Part shown: positions 58,300-64,000 of the stretch, piece by piece
Numbering within the stretch: the first letter of the stretch is position 1
How the letters are laid out: every line of letters starts with the position of its first letter
DNA from: a virus
Strand: one strand, 5' to 3'
IMG/VR virus record: IMGVR_UViG_3300046517_001744
Span: 4,885-68,884 of that record
DNA: 64,000 bases
Position numbers and translations under genes: made by a program
Notes under the pieces: generated by a model
Database searches by the model: none
What the model was told of the DNA's origin: nothing
What the model saw: the letters and a program-made list of their open reading frames with translations, nothing else

Positions 58300-58943
58300 G
58301 CCGCTTCCTCCTCATCCGGGTAGGGCTCCGGCGTCGGTCCGCCGGCGCCGTAGATGGTGATGAACCGGACTGGCACGACCACGTCGCCGCCGTCCTTGAG
58401 CATGCCCCTGATCTTGGCGAGCTCGGTCAGGGCCTCGCGCTTGGGGGCCAGGCGCAACTCGGTGGTGACGTCCTCTTCCCGATCCTCGCCGCGGTAGCGC
58501 ACGGTGCGCTTGGTCTTCACGGACTGGATGGCGGCGAAGTGGTCGCGGGTGCTCTCGGAGAAGTCGATCAGGAACTGGCCGTCGTCGTCCACGGCGCCGT
58601 AGTCGGCCATGTTCGACATGCCGAGGAGGGCGAGCTCGTGCAGGATCTGCGGGGCCTCCGCGGCGTAGCGGTCGAGCACTGGCTGCAGCACGCGCTGTTG
58701 ATGGGCGGCGAGCGCGGCGCGGATGTCATCTCTCTTCAACAGTCGGTGAGCCTGGGCGTGCGCGCTCCTGGGGCTGTAGCCGGCACGGATCGCTGCCTGC
58801 GTGGCGTTGCGGTCTACGAGGTACTCGATGACGAAGCGTTCGCGCATCTGCGCCTGGGCAAGAGCGCCATTGGCGGGGCCCTTGCGTGCGCCCTTCTCCC
58901 GCGCAGGGAGCGGCTGAACCTTGGGACGTCGTGACTTCTTCAT
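58296..58943 (-). CDS. terS: Terminase small subunit
   Basis: RFVIEYLVDRNATQAAIRAGYS..SA...A.RLL. Confidence 0.9.
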   Translation of the reverse strand: MKKSRRPKVQPLPAREKGARKGPANGALAQAQMRERFVIEYLVDRNATQAAIRAGYSPRSAHAQAHRLLKRDDIRAALAAHQQRVLQPVLDRYAAEAPQILHELALLGMSNMADYGAVDDDGQFLIDFSESTRDHFAAIQSVKTKRTVRYRGEDREEDVTTELRLAPKREALTELAKIRGMLKDGGDVVVPVRFITIYGAGGPTPEPYPDEEEAA

Positions 58944-59002
58944 GCCTGGGCGCGCCATTCCTGGGTGCGTGGCGCAGTGGTAGCGAGGTTCGCGTGGTCG
59001 CG

Positions 59003-59182
59003 CTAGTCGAGTCGCTTCACGCGGTACTCGGCGACGGGCGCGCTCATCCACTGGCCGTTGGGGAGCGGGCCCGCCACGAACATCGTGGCTTCCTCCCAGG
59101 TCTCGACGGGATCGCCGTCATCGTCGAACAGGTTGGTGACGGGGATCGCCTCGCCGTCGAGGAGGAGCGTGATGCCGGTCAT
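59003..59182 (-). CDS. Small hypothetical protein
   Basis: Manual translation: IPVTNLFDDDGD...VAGP..GQW. Confidence 0.55.
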   Translation of the reverse strand: MTGITLLLDGEAIPVTNLFDDDGDPVETWEEATMFVAGPLPNGQWMSAPVAEYRVKRLD

Positions 59183-59185
59183 GGC

Positions 59186-59617
59186 TTAGTCGGTGCGCGC
59201 GGCTGTTTCCGCTACGATCTGGTCAAGGGCGCGCTGGCCACGCTCGGTGCGCGCCAGGTGCGCCGCCTGGACGTCCGCCAGCATCTTGTGCGCGTCGTCG
59301 GTGAGGGGCCGGCCGCGGGCGGGGCGCTTGCTGTGGCGATCGACGCGGGCGAAGTCGACGAGGCGCATCTGATGCAGCCGCACGAGCTCCATGATCTGCC
59401 AGGCGCTATGGCGCAGGGCTTCAGTCAGCTGCGCCATCTCGCCGGCCGAGCCGGAGCGGATGGGCAGGCCGTATTCGAGCTCGAGGGGTCCGTTGGGGGT
59501 CTGCACGGTCATGGCCCAGCGCAGCGCTAGGCCGGTGTTGTTGAGGTGTGGGTGGATCGTGAACCACTTGGGCGGCGGCAGCACCTGGGCGGCGATGTCG
59601 GCGGGGAGGTCGCGCAC
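59186..59617 (-). CDS. Hypothetical protein
   Basis: 143 aa, coupled start. Confidence 0.55.
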   Translation of the reverse strand: MRDLPADIAAQVLPPPKWFTIHPHLNNTGLALRWAMTVQTPNGPLELEYGLPIRSGSAGEMAQLTEALRHSAWQIMELVRLHQMRLVDFARVDRHSKRPARGRPLTDDAHKMLADVQAAHLARTERGQRALDQIVAETAARTD

Positions 59618-59820
59618 TACTTCTTGCCGAGTTTGCGCCGGGCGCGGGCCTTGATCTTCGCGGCGGTCGCGGCCGAGATGTTCCCGGCGCGCTCTGAGCG
59701 CGTAGCGCCGGAGATGGCCAGGCGCGCGTGGGTCTTGTCGTTGACGGGGAAGGACTTGCCGGGGCCGGCGAACTCGCTCTTCGGCATGGATTTGCGCTTC
59801 TTGGTGCTGAGCTTGGCCAT
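59617..59820 (-). CDS. Small basic phage protein
   Basis: MAKLSTKKRKSMPKSEFAGPGKSFPVNDKTHARLA; GGAGG SD nearby. Confidence 0.75.
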   Translation of the reverse strand: MAKLSTKKRKSMPKSEFAGPGKSFPVNDKTHARLAISGATRSERAGNISAATAAKIKARARRKLGKK

Positions 59821-60095
59821 CAGGTCCATCCTCCGCGGTCGATCATGTCGGCAGCGCCCGGGTCGTGAAGAATGCGCTCGCGAACCCTGCGGCCAGCCGC
59901 GTCTCGGCCAGTGATCACATAACCCAGGGCGTAGGCGGTGTGGGGGTAGCGGCCGCGGATCGCGATGTCGGTGAGCGCCGCCTCGAGGTTCGCTTCATTC
60001 AGGTCAGCGACCGTGGCTTTCGCCGTGCGCGGGAGCATCGGCGCGGCCGCGACCGCCCCCAGGAGCCCGAACAGCGCGCGGCGCGAGACGCCCAT
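59820..60095 (-). CDS. Tat-signal small protein with capsid-like segments
   Basis: SRRALFG twin-Arg signal; ADLNEANLE and RYPHTAYALGYVIT resemble MCP segments. Confidence 0.6.
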   Translation of the reverse strand: MGVSRRALFGLLGAVAAAPMLPRTAKATVADLNEANLEAALTDIAIRGRYPHTAYALGYVITGRDAAGRRVRERILHDPGAADMIDRGGWT

Positions 60096-60098
60096 GGC

Positions 60099-60353
60099 CT
60101 AGTAGCCGCCGCCCCGGGTGAAGTGATCCTTGCCCGCGTCGCCGTGGTCGGGCGCCGCTTGGCGGCCGCCGACGTTCTGGCCGGCGCCGCGAGCGCCGTC
60201 GTTCATCTCGGCGAAGGACTGCACGCCCTTCTGCGTCTGATTGCCTCCGGTGAAGGCGCTCTTCACGCCGAAGTTGCCGCCCTTGTCCGCGCCAGCCATG
60301 ACCTTGTGCGCGTTCATTTCCGAGCCGCCGACGCTGCCCTGCCCGTAACCCAT
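60099..60353 (-). CDS. Gly-rich disordered small protein
   Basis: GGGAGA SD, first gene of the late block. Confidence 0.6.
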   Translation of the reverse strand: MGYGQGSVGGSEMNAHKVMAGADKGGNFGVKSAFTGGNQTQKGVQSFAEMNDGARGAGQNVGGRQAAPDHGDAGKDHFTRGGGY

Positions 60354-60413
60354 GATCGTTCTCCCGCTGATGCACAGCCGTGCCGACGACTCGCGTACCA
60401 CGATTTCGGCCTG

Positions 60414-60463
60414 TGGACTATTCGTCGCGCGGGCGGTAGCGTCGCCGCACACCACCAAGGAGA
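60414..60463 (+). promoter_or_regulatory. Sigma70-type promoter with ACACCAC leader
   Basis: TGGACT-17bp-TAGCGT then ACACCACCAAGGAGA. Confidence 0.55.
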
Positions 60464-60468
60464 CGACA

Positions 60469-61282
60469 ATGCCCAACACCGATCTATCCCCGCTCGAGGA
60501 TCAGGCGCTGCAGCAGCGCGGCATGCTCGCCGATCTCGCGCGGCGCATGGCGGACCAGGCCATCGCGATCGCAGAACTGGCGAAGCTGTTGGCCGAGCGC
60601 GGCGACGAGCCGGGCGCGCGCCGGGAACTCGGGCGCAGCCTGGGCTACAGCGACTGCGCCAAGCAGGTGCTGCTGATCGCGAAGAGCGTCTGATGGGCCA
60701 GATCATTCCCGCCGAGATGCTCGAGCGCATGCGCCCCATGGTCGAAGCGCTGGCCCAGGTGGCGCTGGCCGAGGCGCGGCCGATGACCCTGATCGCCGAC
60801 GGCGCCGACGAGGAAGCGACCGCCGCCGCCATCTCGGTCAACGCCGTCAACCTCGCCATTACCGCGCTGGTGCAAGTCATCCCGCTGTCGGACCTGGGCA
60901 TGGCGGTGGCGCTGGCCAGCGTCTACGGCACGTTGCTGGGCTGCGCCGACGAGCACCGGGGCAAGCTGCACGAAGCGTTCCAGGCGCAGACCAACGCCAC
61001 GATGGCCGAGATCCGCGCGGCGCGGATGATCCCGATGGGGAACGCCTGATGGGCGCGCCGGGCTCTGCGCGGCCACTCTCTCCTGACGAGCTCGAGCTAC
61101 TGCAGGCCGTCAGCGCCAGGCCGTTCCCGGGGCCGCTGCGCCGCTCGGCCGAGAAGGACCGGCTGCGCAAGCTGGGGCTGATCGAGGCGGACCGGCGCGA
61201 CTTCCGCGAGGGCCAGGACTTCTCGTGGATCGTCACTGAGGCCGGTCGCAGGCGTCTCGAGGCCCATCGCGCCGCGGCTTGA
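60469..61282 (+). CDS. Three coupled early hypothetical genes (60469-60693, 60693-61049, 61049-61282)
   Basis: TGATG coupling, helical proteins. Confidence 0.6.
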
Positions 61283-61347
61283 ACTACGGCCACGTTTCAG
61301 GCATTGTCGCTGGGCCTCGCACACCACGGAGGTTCGGAGACAAGATC

Positions 61348-61569
61348 ATGATCGACCCCCAAGACATCGACCCCGACACCGGGCGGCCCTATCCCGGCTA
61401 CTCGAGCCCAGCGCTGGACACCTCGTTCCATGACCACGAGATGGACGTGGACGACGACGACGAGTGCGCCGACCCGCGCGGCCACAGCTGGGTCGTGCAG
61501 GACACCGACGAGATCGAAGGCGAGGGCCGCTGCTACTGCGAGCACTGCGGCGCGGACGGGGACGCCTGA
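61348..61569 (+). CDS. Small acidic Cys-rich protein
   Basis: C...H...CYCEHCG; preceded by TTGAAC-17-CATTGT and ACACCACGGAGG. Confidence 0.6.
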   Translation: MIDPQDIDPDTGRPYPGYSSPALDTSFHDHEMDVDDDDECADPRGHSWVVQDTDEIEGEGRCYCEHCGADGDA

Positions 61570-61570
61570 G

Positions 61571-61861
61571 ATGGACACCCTGGCTCACCACATCGACAAC
61601 GAACCCCTGGATCAACCGCTCGGCCTGGTCCCCGCGGCCGCGGAGCACGACTTTGCCCTGTTGATCGGCCGGCGCATCCGCAGGCGCCGGCGCATGCTGG
61701 GTTTCACCCAGGCCCAACTGGCGGCCGTGGCCGGCGTGACCTTCCAGCAGATCCAGAAATACGAGTGCGGCATCCACCGCATCTCGGCCGTGCGGCTTTG
61801 GCAGCTTGCGCAGGCGCTCAGCGCGCCGGTCGGCTATTTCTTCGAGGGGATCGCGGCATGA
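61571..61861 (+). CDS. XRE-family HTH regulator
   Basis: IGRRIRRRRRMLGFTQAQLA...GVTFQQIQKYE.G..RISA.RL. Confidence 0.9.
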   Translation: MDTLAHHIDNEPLDQPLGLVPAAAEHDFALLIGRRIRRRRRMLGFTQAQLAAVAGVTFQQIQKYECGIHRISAVRLWQLAQALSAPVGYFFEGIAA

Positions 61862-62022
61862 TGCTGGTCAAGCTCGTCGCGGTGTTCACAGCCCCCTGGT
61901 TCCTCTACGCCGGCTGGCTGTTCCTGTGGGCGCACTTCACCGACTGGCTGTCCGGGGAGCACGCGCTGTGAGCCGCCTACGGGAAGTCGCTGAGAGGGCC
62001 CTGATCACGGAGGCTAAACCCC

Positions 62023-62244
62023 ATGAGTGAACGAGGTAGGGAAATATTCGCCACGTACATGGTCGCGGCGGGGGCCGGTGTATTCGGAGCCCTGACGGTA
62101 CTTGTGGCGGCTCACTACACGGATACGCTATTCAATGCCTTCCATTTGCTGGGGTCCGGAGCCTGCACCGGGGTCTTTTCACTGGCCGCGATCAGACTGT
62201 CTCTCACCCCCTCACCCGCAAGCCATGTGAAGGAGGGGTCATGA
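62023..62244 (+). CDS. Small two-TM protein
   Basis: Two hydrophobic segments, lower GC. Confidence 0.5.
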   Translation: MSERGREIFATYMVAAGAGVFGALTVLVAAHYTDTLFNAFHLLGSGACTGVFSLAAIRLSLTPSPASHVKEGS

Positions 62245-62906
62245 GTACCGTCTATGATCTTGACGCTCTAGAGGAGCACATTCGCCACCTGCCGCCATTC
62301 GAGGACGCAGTTCTCGATCCGAGCTTGGCCCTCCGACTGATCCAGGCGGCCCGCAGAGCCGAAGCCGCGAGCCCCGCTGAACGCCAGCCAGAGCCCCGGG
62401 AATCCATACCCATTCCCCCAGCTCTGAGGGAAGAGGGATGGGTGCTGGTTCCGCGAGAGCCGACCAAAGAGATGGACCAGGCTGCGAAAGCCGCGATTGA
62501 CGACTATTACGACGGCGACAGCCTTCGCTACGACGAGATCGGCCGTATCTACCGAGCCATGCTCTCAGCCGTACCCCCAGTCCAGCCGGAAGAGGGATGG
62601 AGACCCATCGAGACGGCTCCTAGGGATGGGACGGAGATCGACCTGTGGGGGTACTGGCCGGAGAATGATCGCTGGAAGCGGACGGCTGACGCGTGGTGGG
62701 ACTCTGCCGAGAACTGCTGGCGGCTCGATCAATACCGCCACGAGGGGATGTATGTGCATCGCCCGAGGTTCACCCACTGGCAACCTCTCCCCGTACCCCC
62801 AGTCCTCGCTGATGGTGGGGGTTCCTCATACGCCAGTCCAAGCCAACCGGACGCTGCGCGTCACGGATCGCAGGCTGACGCCGAGCCTTCTGGAAAGGAA
62901 GACTGA
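62241..62906 (+). CDS. DUF551-like phage early protein
   Basis: GWVLVPREPT.EM, WRPIETAPRDGT, THWQPLP.PP. Confidence 0.8.
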   Translation: MSTVYDLDALEEHIRHLPPFEDAVLDPSLALRLIQAARRAEAASPAERQPEPRESIPIPPALREEGWVLVPREPTKEMDQAAKAAIDDYYDGDSLRYDEIGRIYRAMLSAVPPVQPEEGWRPIETAPRDGTEIDLWGYWPENDRWKRTADAWWDSAENCWRLDQYRHEGMYVHRPRFTHWQPLPVPPVLADGGGSSYASPSQPDAARHGSQADAEPSGKED

Positions 62907-63115
62907 TGGCGAAGTTGCCCATCGAAGAAGCTGCCGCAGCCCACACCGATCTCAATATCTTCGCCGCAGTTCTGGTGCTGATGGAGAGCAGCCTGATAAG
63001 CCCGCACGGCTTCGCCGGGGCGCGACGGATCATCGGCTCGTGCAAGGCAGAGCAGGCCCGCGCGCTAAGGCGCTACGACGCCGCCGTGGCTCGCTCGCAA
63101 AGGCCGAAGTCATGA
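62906..63115 (+). CDS. Hypothetical protein
   Basis: TGATG coupling, AAGGA SD. Confidence 0.55.
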   Translation: MAKLPIEEAAAAHTDLNIFAAVLVLMESSLISPHGFAGARRIIGSCKAEQARALRRYDAAVARSQRPKS

Positions 63116-63194
63116 CCCTCCGCGATGAGGCCCCGGCCCCAGAAGCTTCGGTGTGTCTCAAGATGAACCAAAACCCTTCTGAACAGGTAAAGCC

Positions 63195-63566
63195 ATGACC
63201 CCCTCACCGCGCATTGCCCTCTTGGCCCTGGCGTTCGCACTCTCGGCCTGCGAACGCACCTTCACCTATACGACCGTTCAGGCCCCTGTGCCGAATGGCG
63301 TGTTCGAGATGCCACCCGGCGTCACGATCACCAATGTCCGGGTGAGCGATGACGGGTATGCCACAAGAATATCTGGGCTCCTGACGGCGGAAACGGACGG
63401 CACGTTCCATGTCCAATGCGGGGCTTACAAGGACGGGCAGCAGGTGGCCGCTCCGTCTGGCTGGGCGTCTGACACGGCGAGCGGCATTCCCGCGAAGTTC
63501 GACACGATTGATCTTTCGAGCCACGGCACGCCGGACCATTTCCGATGCAAGGTGACGGACCAATGA
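63195..63566 (+). CDS. Lipoprotein
   Basis: RIALLALAFALSAC lipobox; beta-rich with a Cys pair. Confidence 0.7.
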   Translation: MTPSPRIALLALAFALSACERTFTYTTVQAPVPNGVFEMPPGVTITNVRVSDDGYATRISGLLTAETDGTFHVQCGAYKDGQQVAAPSGWASDTASGIPAKFDTIDLSSHGTPDHFRCKVTDQ

Positions 63567-64000
63567 CCCCGCCCACAAAGACAGAAGATGAGGGACTGGT
63601 GGAGAGGGGCGCTCGGGCTATCTGCGCCTGCGATGAGCAGGATGGCGCGGGTCCGTGGGACTACCATACCCCCAAGTACCAAGAGGGCTACCGAGAACGC
63701 GCCCGTGCGGCCCAGGCTGAACTCGCCGCCCGCATCACCTCCCTTGAGGGGGAGTTGGAAGAAGCGAGGAAGCTCGCCGAGACGCAACGCGATGCCTTCC
63801 GAGCCGAGGACCGAAAGCTTTGGTTCGCGCTTGGTGATGATGTCCGTGGAAACGCGGCTTACGTCCTCGATGGCGTGCGCTGGATGGTCAACGACCGCGC
63901 CGAGCAGCGCCAACGCGCCCAAGCCGCCGAGTCCACCCTCTCCACCTTCAAACAGCGGGCGAGCGCGGAGGAGATGGCGAGGGTGATCAACGGTGGAGAG
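63563..64000 (+). CDS. Hypothetical early protein, runs off the window edge
   Basis: ATGA overlap; MTPPTKTEDEGLVERGARAIC... Confidence 0.5.
   Translation, partial: MTPPTKTEDEGLVERGARAICACDEQDGAGPWDYHTPKYQEGYRERARAAQAELAARITSLEGELEEARKLAETQRDAFRAEDRKLWFALGDDVRGNAAYVLDGVRWMVNDRAEQRQRAQAAESTLSTFKQRASAEEMARVINGGE

Noticed and set aside
1-64000. Frequent CTCGAG/GTCGAC/CGATCG sites
   Set aside because: Explicable by Leu-Glu, Val-Asp and Ile codon usage at high GC; enrichment cannot be claimed without counting
1-64000. Stop-codon recoding, tRNAs, integrase/att sites
   Set aside because: Core genes are full length under the standard code; no tRNA or integrase motifs recognised

Overview
High-GC (roughly 70%) segment of a tailed dsDNA phage with podovirus-type morphogenesis genes (P22 gp4/gp10/gp7-like tail and ejection proteins, no tape measure). 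The host is probably an alphaproteobacterium (Caulobacterales-like), inferred from GapR-like, Ros/MucR, AcpP and XRE proteins. Layout: minus-strand DNA-metabolism genes (1-2565); plus-strand early recombination/accessory operon ending in DnaJ-domain and acyl carrier protein genes and a terminator (2666-9725); a long minus-strand late block (9724-60353) with lysis genes, tail fibre, a 4500-aa DarB-like polyvalent injected protein, ejection/tail genes, three signal-peptide proteins, capsid, scaffold, GroES-like, portal, HNH-AP2 and terminases; then plus-strand early small genes (60469-end). No integrase, polymerase, tRNA or CRISPR array was seen. Most notable observations: +1-frame genes nested inside the giant gene, a Tat-signal mini-protein containing capsid-like segments, a MucR domain within the injected protein, an ACACCAC-GGAGA leader motif at several promoters, and a module shared by the GapR-like and RecT-like proteins. 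All family calls come from motif recognition by eye; no database searches were run.
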